Positions 39,656 to 53,288 of a DNA stretch of 64,000 nt are shown one piece after another; position 1 is the stretch's first letter, and the number at the start of each line of letters is the position of its first letter. The stretch lies in NCBI GenBank assembly GCA_951406725.2, contig OX597819.1:18228001-18292000 (forward strand), written 5' to 3'. This stretch comes from Octopus vulgaris. Taxonomy: Eukaryota. Made by a program: the position numbers and the translations under genes. The notes below the pieces were generated by a model. It worked only from the letters and a program-made list of their open reading frames with translations. It was not told the DNA's origin and did no database searches.

Positions 39656-39987
39656 TATCTACATACATACAGAACCCAGCGCATACACACTCATTTTGAA
39701 TTATCGTGTAGGAATAGATTGTGAGATGGAAATAAACGAGATATTTGTGAGTTAACACACGTTTACACATGCACACTTCAATGAATATTTAATTTCTATT
39801 AATGAAAACATCATTAGGACTTCATTTTTCTGTTTTTCCACATGTCAGTTAAATTGATGCAGAGAAATGTGCATACGTGCATACCGTCCATATATAAACT
39901 TCTTCGTTATTGTCGGTGCCCCTTTATAGAATATTGAGTTATATAACGTCAAATAAAAGTATATATATTATCAAGTACTCACCCCGA

Positions 39988-40025
<38 letters not shown>

Positions 40026-40949
40026 TTTCATTTGTATTGAATGTCAGTCTATATACACTATCTGCTGTTTTTGTTTAAGTTCTGCTTCTGTAGTTCTTGT
40101 TGATGGTGGTTATGTTGTTTTTGTTGGTGTTGCTGTTGAGGTCGTGTAAGCCACGATCAAATGGATCTTCGATCAAGGTCCTTCTCGCCATAAGCTGCTT
40201 TTTCCCTTCTAGATCATTGTGTTTCTAGGAGTACATCAGGCACTGTGTTCTCTTTTACTCTACACGATAGAATGTAATTTGAAGGACATTTATTATTATT
40301 ATTATATGAAGAAAAAAATACGCAAAAGTATTAAATACGATTCTTATATTATGATAAATTAGAAAGGTGACTGTCAGAACATGAAGACAAAACATAAAAT
40401 AAAGTGAAATAAGAATAAAGATACAAATATAGAAAGTAATATAATGTACAATAAATTTAATATAAGAAGAAACTAAATTCTATGGATGATTCTTATTAGT
40501 TTAGTGAGAGATATATATGTTGTCATAATTCAGAATGGGTAGAAATTTGAATAAGTGTCGCGGCAATGATTTACTAGTGGAGCTTAATTATCGACCGTTA
40601 CTGATTAGGGTATGCAGGTGCATATTGGAACGTATTTGAGGGGCTAGCAAGAATAGGATAGGAAATGTCAAGTATATAGTGGCTCTTACGTATTTTAATT
40701 GCGCATATATATGCAGAAAATTAATAAAATATATAAATAAACATGCATATGGACACATGTATATCTGCGCACATAGATTCATGCGTATAGTTAAACTTAA
40801 ACCATAAGTATAAACACACGCATGTATGTATATAAAAAAGTATATACAGGCGTATGGATATGGATACAGACAAAAAAAAAACACAAATAGGTAGGGACAT
40901 GGGAAAAATATAGCGGAAAGGGGGTTTGTAGGGAAAACAAAGTGGTGGG

Positions 40950-41650
40950 TAGTTCTAATAGGTATTTAATTTCTAGGTAGATTATTAGGCTAAGTGAAAT
41001 AGTAGATGCTTCAAAATCAAATTTGATTTCATATTAGTAATACTAGATTGCAGGAAGTTATTTGGAGAACAGATTAACAGAGGATATGGAAAAAAAAAGA
41101 TGAATACGGTTGTTAATAATCTATAAATTACTTACGTTTAAGTGTGTTGTACACAGGTTTGATATATAAATAAAAATAGATATTATGTTAATAGCGCTAA
41201 ACAGAAAGAAACTAGCACGAGAATATATCGAGGTTCCAGTTAAGAAATTAGTTACTATAAGTAAGATATGTTTACCAGGTGTGATGTTAATATTCGTAAA
41301 AAATACGATAAGAAAGGCAAAATAAAAATAATTTCGAAGAAAAATACAGTGATTAGATTATCTATATATTTTGTGAAAGAAAGTCGGTGTTCACCGTTTT
41401 TTTTTTTTGGATATGGAATAAAAAAAAACGAAATTTAATGTCTGTTACGTATTCATTTGAAATTTCATTAGGGAATTTTTTTTAAAGGTTTTGGGTCTAT
41501 AAATAAAAACACAGGTTGTGAACTTTGAATGGCTAATGTATTGAATATAATTAATATCTAAGAAGGGATTGTTTCGTGTGTGCACCGAATAGGAAAGTTG
41601 GGATCGAAACAGGCATCATATGGAAATAAACAAATAAAATCAGCGAAGTT
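40950..41650 (-). mobile_element. Possible highly decayed Penelope-like remnant
   Basis: Minus-strand NPFLDI...KFTTCVFIYRPKTF resembles PLE PFLDV...FTTSVYRKPT. Confidence 0.35.
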
Positions 41651-43029
41651 TTAAAAAAACTTCTAGAGGTACTTATATAATTACTTCGGGTGTCAAAAAA
41701 GACGAACCATATGGCACACATATATTAATGCATATATATAAGTATATGTATATTTATATATAAACATAGACGCACATAGAGATATAAGCATGCGCAAATG
41801 AAGACATACAATAGAAATACAAAATGGGTGACGGTTAGTAAGGAGAGACACAAATAAGAAAGAAGAAAACAAAGGACCACTGATGCGGTCACAGGAGTGT
41901 GACAAAAGAACTCTGGCCGAAATAAGATTAAGATTAATGTAAAAAATAAATAACACTGAAGCAAAGTAACACCAATTATACAGTGCGTGAGTTTTTATTG
42001 GCTAAACTGGCAAAATGACCATTCCGAAATATAACAATATATATATATATATATATAATTGTTAGATAATTTCTAGAATACCTTAACACGATTGAATAAG
42101 TTACACATAACCTTACACGAATATATCAGGGATTTCGATTGGTTAGAATATTCTGAATGTTCGGCCTTATGCTTTTCTCCTTTTCCCAAACATTTCGTGT
42201 CTTTATGTCCACAGCTTCGTCTCCTAATAATACTTCTATGATGGTTCTAAAAATGAATCTTTCATTTCTATGTCTTAATCAAGACTGATATCTTTAATTA
42301 AAGTACATTTCCCTCTTATCTTGTCTTCGGCATGTTGCCTATACGAGCAAAGTTCATTTACAACATTATAGGTTCGTCAGATAAGAAATGAATCTTTTAA
42401 ATTGGTTTTAACTCAGTCATTCACAGATGGTTTGGAATTCACAAGCGGCATTTATAACCACTGAATTTTTTTTTTTTTATTCAGAAGATATATTTATAGC
42501 ATCAGAACGACAGGTTAAAGAAAATTAGTTGGGAACGATCTCTAAAAGTTTTCCACATTTCAAAATATATTTCCAGATTTTAATTATGCCCGTTTTTACA
42601 AGATATATTTACATAGAATGTTAGGCTTGTTACTACAGCAACGCATTCGAATTAACTAGTCCTAAAAATTTGCATTTATTTTTAGGGAACAGACAATTAT
42701 TTATGGAGTATAAATGAAAACACCTTTTGTTATTCATAAACATTATATATTAGCTTGAATGCTCAGGAATATTTGGGTGGGCGCCATCAGAATTATTTTC
42801 CACACTCTCCTTAATTCAGGTTTTGACTGTCACCATACTTCGCATAATATTATGTAGGTGAACCAGTAAAATACTGGTGTTAATGAAATCCGACCTGCTC
42901 CTACTTTTCAAACTGAAGTCCTATTAAAATTTGAAACGAGTGTTATTATTGGTGTTGGTATTATTATAACAATACCAGCAGCAATGATATTAAGAGAAAC
43001 GCAACAACAATATCAACGACAATAATAAA

Positions 43030-44871
43030 CTGGATACAACTGCTACCATAAAACTATCGCTTGTATATGGCTGATCTTACACTGTATGCTGCAAAGGAGA
43101 AGCAACTGCATAAATTACTACAGAAAGTGATGGATTTATCAAAGAAATAGACATGTAATACGGCTGCGAAAAATGTGCCAAAGGAATCTTGAAAAGAGCA
43201 AAACTAGTTAAGAGTAAGAATATCATGCTAAGCAAATGAAATGAAACAAGAGAATTAGACCAAAGCCAGACAGACGTACAAATACTTAGGAATCAATGAA
43301 CGATATATGGTTCAACACACAGAGACGATAAGGAAGGAATACTATAGACGTTAGATTAATTCTCAAAACAGAACTCAATGCAAGAAACACGATAATAGGT
43401 AGCGATAATTTAATTGTCCTGTATATAAGTTACAGTTACAATATTCTTAATTGGACACTATATGAACTAACCAAACTAGACAGGCAAAACTAGAAAAGCA
43501 TTGACGGAATTAAGAATACACCACACAAAATCTGAGATAGAAAGGTTATATGAACAACGAATAGAAAGTGGCACAGGTTTTGCACAACTAGAAAACTATT
43601 ATGAAATAACAACCACAGAAATACAGAAATATTTGACTCAGAACAAGGAGAACTGGTACAAATAGCCACAAAGGACGAGCCAAAAAGAAACTGCTTTCTG
43701 TGTTTAAACAGGCACAAAATGACAAGAGGTCCATAGTAGCTGGCATGCATGAAGAAGAAGAGCAATTAAGAAAATAATTAAAAAAAGCTGTAAAGCAAGA
43801 GTAAAATAAAAGTGGATCAAGAGAATAGTTCGATAAAACGATGGCAAGAAAAGAATTTCATGGCAAATACTGGGATCGGCTAAACAGAAAACAAGCACGA
43901 AAAGTAAAATCTCAACAATGGTTGAAAAGTTCAGGACCCAAATCATAGACGGAAAGATTTTAAATTTCAGGACAAGATCAAAGCTTCCCCAGTAGCAAAC
44001 ACCAGAAACACATAATGAAGAAAAATACAAGTTACTGCAGAAGATGTAGTGATGGGAAAGAGACAATAAATCTGGCTGCCCAGTCGAGGCTAAGAAAGAA
44101 TATATTCACAGACATGACAGAGTTAAGACCTATATATGTTTCTTTATTACCCCACAAGGGGCTAAACATAGAGGGGACAAATAAGGACAGACAAACGAAT
44201 TAAGTCGATTATATCGACCCCAGTGCGTAACTGGTACTTAATTTATCGACCCCGAATGGATGAAAGGCAAAGTCGACCTCGGCGGAATTTGAACTCAGAA
44301 CGTAACGGCAGACAAAATACGGCTACGCATTTCACCCGGCGTGCTAACGGTTCTGCCAGCTCGCCGCCTTGAGACCTATATACACTGGGAGTTACGCCAA
44401 CACAATGGAATAACAGCCCAAAAAATATGGTATAGGTACACTCTAGTAATGACAAAATACAAAGCAACCGTTGACACAGAGAGAGAAATCAAGGCTAATA
44501 AACCGGAATATAATTGTCTGAGATCATCAAAACAATTAATTCTATTTGATGTAACGATCCCCACAGAAGACAATGTGTACCTAAGAGAAACAGAGATAAA
44601 CTGAATGTAAAGTCTAAGAGCAAAAACAATTCCTACAAAAGTAAATGCATTTTGGTATGATTAAATAACTTTCAGAAAAACATATAACAAAAACACCACG
44701 GCGTATGAACGTATATAGCATACAGAAAATAGCATTAGAGGGTGCCGCACATATCCTACGTAAAGCAATTTCAATATTATTTTAAATAAGAGTACCACAA
44801 AAAGCCAACAAATATAGCCAGGGCACACAGGGTAGTGAAGTGAAAATAAGTGATTAAAATAAAACTTCTCC

Positions 44872-44872
<1 letters not shown>
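43030..44872 (+). mobile_element. Decayed Dong/R4-clade retrotransposon, 3' half, ending in (TAA)n
   Basis: LYMADLTLYA, EKCAK, YKYLGI, ELNARN, FHGKY, CRRC..GKETI, REIKANKP and ILFDVTIP; the 3' end abuts (TAA)n at 44873. Confidence 0.88.
44137..44371 (-). mobile_element. Intact Nin-domain-type tRNA SINE nested in the Dong/R4 remnant
   Basis: 11-bp TSD agacctatata (44126, 44372); head ggcggcgagctggcagaa, B box gagttcaaattcc, core gccgaggtcgactttgcctttcatcc..cggggtcgataaattaagtacc. Confidence 0.93.
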
Positions 44873-44932
<60 letters not shown>

Positions 44933-44989
44933 TAATAATAATAATAATAATAATAATTAATAATAATAATAATAATAATTAATTCCAAT

Positions 44990-45501
44990 CTTAACTGAAT
45001 GGAAGTGTTATCGTGTACATTGTTTTGTCTTGGTATAAAAGATGGGCAACAGCAAATATTCTGCTCAATACCACATATTTGCTTGTCAGTTGTTTGACCT
45101 TAACCAGTTGAGTCTGTCCCTTAGTGGCTGACAATATGTGCATCTCTGATCACGAGCGGAAGTAGTGGGGGAGCATCATAGCCATGTGTTGAGAGGGATT
45201 CTTTGGAGTTTGAATAATTCACCTCTGGAAACATGGGTGTTTCGTTCAACATCCTTAAACAACCCTTATTCAAGGACCTTTTGAGTGGGATGGGTTACTC
45301 AACCTGAAGAAAATTCTAACTGGGCCCCACCTGCAAGGTCATGTGCTGTTTATCTTGATATGAGATCACCATGTCACGCACATATGGTTGTGATGCATGT
45401 GCCTGGTGTACCCTTATCACACGGGTAGTCATGATGGGTATGCTGGGCTTCGTATATTTTACCCCAGTGTCACTTTGATGGTATGCACTGCTCTCTCACT
45501 C

Positions 45502-45502
<1 letters not shown>
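44990..45502 (+). mobile_element. Non-coding retroelement 3' segment between two (TAA)n tracts
   Basis: Complex, GC-richer block ending directly in caataataat; family not identified. Confidence 0.45.
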
Positions 45503-45554
<52 letters not shown>

Positions 45555-45637
45555 TAATAATAATAATAACAACAATGTTAATGATAATAATGATAATAAT
45601 AAAGTTAATAGTAATAATAAAAATAAAAATAATAATG

Positions 45638-45719
<82 letters not shown>

Positions 45720-45742
45720 TAATAATAATAATAATAATAATA

Positions 45743-45820
<78 letters not shown>

Positions 45821-45825
45821 TTAAT
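45503..45825. repeat. (AAT)n/(GAT)n microsatellite
   Basis: Direct inspection. Confidence 0.95.
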
Positions 45826-45849
45826 ATTGTTAGATGGCTATCAGTCTTA

Positions 45850-46020
45850 TTGCAGGCAGCAATTGCCAAAATTGTTAACTGCTAGACAAAATGCTTAGAG
45901 GTATTTCGTCTGTTTTATATGGTAAGTTCAAATCCGGCCGAGTTCGACTCCGCCTTTCATCTCTAAGAGGTCGATAAAGTAAGTACCAGTTGAGCAATGG
46001 TGTCTCTGTAATCGACGTCC
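45850..46020 (+). mobile_element. Degenerate Nin-domain-type SINE
   Basis: gttcaaatccggccgagttcgactccgcctttcatc..aggtcgataaagtaagtaccagttgagc. Confidence 0.75.
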
Positions 46021-46714
46021 TCTGAGGTTGCTAAAGTGCCAGAACTTAAAGGTAATTTACCTTATCGTCAGACTTATTATCAACGTCAAGGGAGTCGTCA
46101 TCAAAATCTTCCACATTTTCGTCGTCGTCGGCCAACATCAGAAATCAACTGAGACAATCTATGGACCAAATATTCTGTTTACATCTTGGTTCATCGATTT
46201 ATGAAATATGAATTTTTTAATTTTTTTTATTTAAGTCAACCCAGTTTAGTTGAGTGGAGGCGTGTCTGGTCATGAGATACGTTCTAAGATCTAAGTTCTA
46301 ATTAAAATTTGTTATCGTTTCTAGACTTTGAAAGCACTCGCAGAACACAGAATAAAATTAAAAAAAAAAAAACACATAAATATCAACAACAAAATAAATT
46401 TGAAAGTAAATACGTAAACAAGAACTTCAATACAGAACATCGGCAATAAAAACTACAGCAATATCAACAAGAATGAGACATATTGGTACAGCAAGGAAAA
46501 CACACGAGAATGCAGCAGCAACAACAGCAAGCGTAACAAAATAACATCGAGAACAACAATAAAATATGTAACTATGTAAAAATAAAGAAAAATGGAAAAT
46601 ATTGAGGAAGAAAAAAAAATGAATTAAAAAATAAAGACAAAAGGAAAGAAAGCAAGAAGGAAACCGCTGCAAAGTTAATGATAATGTATATGATATTGTC
46701 TGAATTCCAGCATT

Positions 46715-46744
46715 AGTTGATGACAACGATGATAATGATTGTGT

Positions 46745-46781
<37 letters not shown>

Positions 46782-46945
46782 AATGATGTTGATAACGACA
46801 ACGATGGTGGCTATGACGATGATGATTATGATGATGGTTAGGATGATGTTGTTATTGTGGATGATGATGATGATGATGATAATGATGATGATGATGATGA
46901 TGATGAGTATGATGAGCAAGTTGATGTTAATGATAATCATGTATT
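46715..46945. repeat. Degenerate (GAT)n
   Basis: Direct inspection. Confidence 0.9.
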
Positions 46946-47066
46946 TGATGAAATTGACGAAAAAACATTTGCTTAATAGTTCTCGTCGTAAACACTTGTT
47001 TAAAGAGTGTATATATGTGGCTACATTTTAATATATACATATATTGTGTGTGTATATATATACATA

Positions 47067-47118
<52 letters not shown>

Positions 47119-47221
47119 GAATATGTATATTTATAGTTATATATATATACATATACACACGCATGACCACACATACAGTTCTACATATATATCTATACAT
47201 ACGTATGTGTGTGTGTGTGAT

Positions 47222-47262
<41 letters not shown>

Positions 47263-47627
47263 ATATATATATATATGTGTGTGTAAACAACTAGACGTTT
47301 CCAGTAAGAGTTGTTGAATGCGTTCGATAGTGAAGTGTAGTAAATTATAGGTATCGGCTGATCAGTTACTACCGACAAGATTTTAATTACTATAATGAAG
47401 CACCACAAATATCTAAGCTCGTCTCTGACATCTTAACATACATTCTTCTTGGTCACCATTCTATTGGTTCTTTTTTGTTTTGTTTCTCTATTTCAATTTT
47501 ATTTCCTAAAACGATAGTCTTCTCTCTAGATCTATTTATCGCTCTACGTAAACACTTATATATATATATATATATATGAATGTATGTATGCATACATATA
47601 TGAATACACACACATACATATATGAAT

Positions 47628-47703
<76 letters not shown>

Positions 47704-47795
47704 GTAAAATAATGTGACAATTATCTTACAGATAAATTCTTCCATTTACATAATATTGAGGTCTCTCTCTTTCTTTTGTTATCTTACCGTTTTTA

Positions 47796-47871
<76 letters not shown>

Positions 47872-48814
47872 TATATGAACATACACACATACGCATGCAA
47901 ATATGTAGTGATATCATATAGTTTAAATAGAAGTATATACCAATGATTAAGTTTAAAGTATTTCTGTATATTTAATTATTTACAGTTCAATATCTATACA
48001 AACAGCAAAAAATGATTTGAGGGGATAACTACTTTTTCAAAAGTTGTAAATTTAAGCATGGAAATTTGTAATTACCATAAGACAGCTACTGATAAAACTA
48101 ATAAATCACGAAAATATGTTACTGAAATTAAATTTATTTGTGCGGTAAAGTATAATTGTATAATGTGGTATAATTATAAACAGGGTAAATTTTAGCCATC
48201 TGCAGACAGAAAAAATGATGAAGAACTTTAATTTTTGAACCTTACTGGCTTCTCATCAGGCGTCTACAATATTCTGACAGTCTCCAGAGACACAAGTAAC
48301 AGAACTGCTTATATACTCATAAAATATAATACGTTATCTAAGGAGGACCAACTTTTGATAGCTATTTGATTGTAGCAGTGAAAAATATTTTTGGATTAGA
48401 AAAATAAATTGCTTCGTAAGGTGTGACCCGTTATTCTCTGTCAGTATACATTAATGTGGATCATTGAAGCCAACGATACTGAATTTATATGTTTTATAAT
48501 TAATGTTGACATCTCCAAGAAAAATTGTGGTTATTCTGCTTCGAACGGCTCTGTGGAGAAAAGCTTGCTTCTGAACCACATGGTCGTGGGTTCAGTCCTA
48601 CTGCGTGGCACCTTGAGAAAATGTCTTCTACCATATCTTCGGGCCGATCAGTGTTACCTGAGTGAATTTCGTAGACGCATACTAAAAGGCCTGTGCCTTT
48701 TAGTATATATATATACCGGAGTAAACACATAAATGTGAAATAGGGTGGAAAAAAGAGTACTCAAATACTAGTGGTAGAGTAATATGCTTTATATAAAGCA
48801 GCAGAAAATTCAGC

Positions 48815-48862
48815 AAAACCTGTTACTCTGAGTTTCAAGTGCCCGTTCGTCGGTCAGTTTTT
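48815..48862 (-). ncRNA. Hammerhead-like motif (CCGACGA core), left arm of palindrome
   Basis: Reverse complement aaaaactga-CCGACGA-acgggcactt-GAAA-ctcagag-TA-acaggtttt; stems I and II damaged. Confidence 0.5.
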
Positions 48863-48868
48863 GCTAGA

Positions 48869-48916
48869 AAAACCTGTCCGACGAACGGGAACGTGAAACT
48901 CGGAGTAACATGTTTT
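48869..48916 (+). ncRNA. Type I hammerhead (CCGACGA core), right arm of palindrome
   Basis: aaaacctgt-CCGACGA-acg ggaa cgt-GAAA-ctcggag-TA-acatgtttt. Confidence 0.65.
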
Positions 48917-48943
48917 GTTGAATTTTCTGCTGCTTTAAATAAA

Positions 48944-49024
<81 letters not shown>

Positions 49025-49611
49025 TGTGTTTGTCTCCCCACCATTGCTTGACAACAGTGTTAGCGTGTTTACTTTCCCGTAACTTAGCGGTCCGGTAAAA
49101 AAAATTAATAAAATACGAAGGAGGCTTACGAAGAATAAGTCCTGGTGTCGATTTGTTCGGCTAAAAGTGGTGCACCAGCATGGCTGCAGTCAAATGACTG
49201 AAAAAAATAAAAGAATAAAAGAATAAAAAACTCCAGGAACGGATCATCGCTGAATACAATATCTTGGTCAAACTTGAATTCTCGAGAAGAAACTTAAGAA
49301 TGCGTTTGATTGATATTTTGAATGGCGTATTTATGCAGCACGTCTAGTTGAGTATCATGTGTACGAAGAATCGGCAAAACCAATTTGCGCTTCTGGATCC
49401 TAACACCCCCACATCAAACCCCACTAGACTTTTCTATGAAAAAAACGATACAACTACCGCAGACATTATAAGTTCGTCCCCGTTGGGCTTCTCGTTTTCT
49501 TTTTGGCAGATAACGCTAAATACACGAAGATAATCTCATGTAGATAATCTCGTTAATCTTTCTCGCGCTTCTCTACAATTGCATCTTTTAACAGTTCATT
49601 TTTACGTATGT

Positions 49612-49890
49612 GGTGGGCATATGGTGTAGTGCTTAAGAGCGCGTGCTACTAACCCCAAGATTCCGTGTTCGATTCCAGGTAGTGACCTGAACAACAACAA
49701 CAACAACAACAACAACAATAATAATAATATCGAAAAATACCTTAGGAATGAGAACCCATGCTCGAAATTTCCTTAAGACATCTGATGAAAGCTGGAGAGT
49801 ATATCAGCCGAATGGTTGTGTTAACAACAAACTTGATGAGGACAAATGTAAATAATGTAAATAATTCCTCATCTCTTAAATATAGAACTG
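49612..49890 (+). mobile_element. tRNA-like head, (AAC/AAT)n linker and hammerhead-bearing tail
   Basis: A box tggtgtagtgc, B box gttcgattcc (49667); gacat-CTGATGA-aa-gctg..cagc-c-GAAtg-GTT-gtgtt at 49777-49822. Confidence 0.6.
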
Positions 49891-49974
49891 AAAAATCCTG
49901 TAATATTTTTATAATAATTATTATCAGTAATTGTATTAAAAATTCTTCAGAAAAAGATTGTGTATTATTCCATT

Positions 49975-50116
49975 AGTCCTTTGCTTATTTCAGTCCTTTG
50001 AGTGCAGTCATGCTGGAGCACCGCCATCAGTCGAGAAAATCGACCCAAGACTTATTCTTTGTAAGCCCACTACTTATTTTATTCGTCTCTTTAGCCGAAC
50101 CGCTAAGTTACGGGGA
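49975..50116 (-). mobile_element. 3' fragment of OK-like SINE
   Basis: catgctggagcaccgcc..cgacccaagacttattctttgtaagcc..gccgaaccgctaagttacgggga. Confidence 0.8.
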
Positions 50117-50209
50117 TTGTAGAAGTGTAATCAATTTATTGCGCATAAATGTTACCAAAATCATATATGGGCCCCAAAGGGCTATTTGGACCCCCTTTGA
50201 GAAACACTG
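50117..50209. mobile_element. hAT-like MITE terminus
   Basis: Ends ccccctttgagaaacactg followed by target-like ctttagac. Confidence 0.4.
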
Positions 50210-50339
50210 CTTTAGACGGTGTTCTTATCATAAATAACACATGATTGGTCGGTGTGGCATCACGTGTTTTATGAACACACGTCAGTTGCAGTGTGTTTAA
50301 CTTTTCATGTTCTTTCTAGTATTTCGAGCAAACACAGAA

Positions 50340-50739
50340 AAAAATTATTTACTTATTGTATCGTTTTCAATTACAATCTCCCTCACTCACCTGACACTTC
50401 CAAGTGGTCTCTCATTTTCTGGCTTTTTCTATGAGGGGTTACCCAATAGTGACCGGAAATGTTCTCTGTGGGACAAGCCTGTTTTAGTTCAGGCTTTCGT
50501 TGCAAGGGGACGCTTTATACAACCCTCAGGCATCAGTGGGCAGCCCGGCAGATGATATTTGGTGCGTTAAAAATCATCACATAACAAGAGTTCTATTATT
50601 GTATCGAACAGTGGAAAACGCGTCTGGACCGATGCATTGCCTGAAATGGAGAATAATTCGAAGGCAATAAAAGCGTAAACATGGAAAACTAAGTGAATAA
50701 AATATTGCAAAATTGCAGTTTCTTTTGGGTATCCCCTCG
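50340..50739 (+). mobile_element. mariner 3' remnant with TIR
   Basis: PHSPD..FWLF, then QEFYYCIEQWKTRLDRCIA*NGE*FEG; TIR ttttgggtatcccctcg followed by TA. Confidence 0.8.
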
Positions 50740-51450
50740 TATATATTCCCCTATAATGACATTAGGAAAATAAAATTCACTTTATTCCCATCCTGTTGTT
50801 AAGCGCATCCTTCAGAAAAGTCGGAGCTATTTCCCAAGACGTCTAATCTATTCTTGTACTTGCTCAGTTGTGTTTGGAATCACAAACTTCGATTTATTAG
50901 TCATTGCTCCATTACTATAGGAAATATAAATGTTTAACTCTTGAAATAACAGCATCGGATCTATCGAATAGACCTGAGTATCAGCCTATTCTGGTTACAA
51001 ATGGTATAATGGTCATTTAAACAATGTCCTCAATTCTATTGCTATGTCTGTAAAATTAATTGGTTTTAAAGTTCATTCCATCACGATTTTTAGTCGCTTT
51101 GTGTTTCCATAGCAATTATCTCTATGCTATTGTTATTTCCGCGATAACTTGTATGTGTGAGAGTGAGGGTGTGTGTATATGTATGCATACATACATATAT
51201 ACATGTTTATATATACATATATACATATATACATATATACATGTATATACATACATATATACATATACATATATACATATATATACATATACATATATAC
51301 ATATATATATACATATACGTATATATATATATACACATTTATATGTAAGTATATATATATATATATATATTTTTACGTACATGTATATAAACACACCCAC
51401 TCGAGCGCACGCATACGTACACACACATATATATACGTATACACACACAC

Positions 51451-51501
<51 letters not shown>

Positions 51502-51616
51502 TGTATGTAGATATATATGTGTGCATATACATTTATATGTACGTTTATATTTATGTATGTATGTATGAATCTCTCTCTCTCTCTCCCTCTTTCTCTCTCG
51601 ATATATATATGTATGC

Positions 51617-51705
<89 letters not shown>

Positions 51706-52101
51706 TATATATATATGCAGACATACTCCGTGATGGTGACTTTGCATAATAATGTCTATATGCAGCGCACTTAGGAAACAATAAACTTGATATTATTTTC
51801 CAAGACAGGTGCAGACTTTCATTGTTCTAACAATCAATAGACAAACACGAATTTTAATATAGGTATCTATACGGAGATAAATAGGAAGAGAAACGTTAGC
51901 GCATAGAACTAAGGAAGCTGTCTACCAATATGGTGTTGTATGATAAAACTGACACAAACAGACCAGAAGACAATAACACATTCAACAAGTGACATTAGTG
52001 TTTTGAAAGCGAATATAGTTTTATCATAGGTGGAATTTATAATGCTCCATGTACAGACATAAACATGAATCCCGCTCGCACATACACACACACACATACA
52101 C

Positions 52102-52153
<52 letters not shown>

Positions 52154-52349
52154 GCTGAGACAGTGAGATAGATTGGGAGGGAGAGAGAGGGGGAGAGTGA
52201 GATGGAGAGAGACTCATATAAGAGTACATGTATAGAGTAAAAGGATTTTCATCTGTTTTGCCGATTGCATTTTCAGTTCATTTGGTCAATTACTTGATCA
52301 TTGAGAAAAGTTCTTTTTTTTTATTCTTTCTGTTTATTTCATCGTCTTT

Positions 52350-52385
52350 CTTTCTGATGAAGAGCGTAGGCTCGAAACGTAAAAG
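52350..52385 (+). ncRNA. Canonical minimal type I hammerhead (family P1 repeat, about 52300-52475)
   Basis: cttt-CTGATGA-a-gagc gtag gctc-GAAA-cg-TA-aaag; full core, GUA triplet, loop-less palindromic stem III (acgt). Confidence 0.85.
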
Positions 52386-52587
52386 ACATTCTCACCTTCC
52401 CGAGCGAGAAACAAATATACCAGCTTTTTGTTTATACACCTGTCTTCGTCTTTTTTTTTCTAAATTTCAAGAATATATTTGATATCAGAAGCTATTCATA
52501 AAAATTTAATTCGTGTGAAGCTAAGTCAAACTGACACTAATAATCACACAGACAGACGCACACACACACATATAAACACACATATAA

Positions 52588-52626
<39 letters not shown>

Positions 52627-53149
52627 AACACACACACGCACACACACACACAAGTATTGGGTTTAATTCGGATGCGTATAGGCTGTATATTTGCCTGACA
52701 TTACAATGACCTTATCTTCTGTGTATTCGCAGTCTCTCTATCTGTTCCAACTGTCAGCAACGTATGCATCACAGTTTCACTGTTTTATTTGTCACCAAAA
52801 TCTGTTTTGCTGACTGAACGCCTTCCATACAATTACTTCAAATTGTGCACGTTAACGATATGGACTTGTCATGGTTATATACTTCTTCTTTAGGCTTATC
52901 GAGATTGCACAGTATCTTTCTGGGAAGAGAGCTCACGCTCTGCACCCTCGCTCCTACTGCATATGAGGATATACGTTTGCAAATATATAATATGTTATAA
53001 TATGATATATTTATGTATGTATGTCTGTTGTGTGTGCATGTATGTATGTATGCATGTGTGCATTTATCTACACACACATACACACATATACACACATTTA
53101 TATATATATGTGTATATCTATCTATCTATTTATCTCTCTCTATCTCTCT

Positions 53150-53186
<37 letters not shown>

Positions 53187-53219
53187 TAGATAGATAGATA
53201 GATATATAGATAGATAGAC

Positions 53220-53288
<69 letters not shown>

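Larger units (their letters stand above)
48545..49230 (+). mobile_element. OK-like SINE interrupted at its internal (TA)n by a hammerhead palindrome element
   Basis: 5' part 48545-48705 and 3' part 49025-49230 match 6612-7012; the insert spans 48715-48945. Confidence 0.82.

Noticed and set aside
41875-41930. ctgatgc-ggtca...tggcc-gaaa hammerhead-like string
   Set aside because: A9 is altered, and no NUH or stem I partner follows
48225-48270. Minus-strand CTGATGA motif
   Set aside because: GAAA is absent and the stems do not close; too decayed to call
49612-49690. Possible tRNA gene
   Set aside because: A and B boxes are present but there is no proper acceptor stem or oligo-T terminator; treated as a SINE head
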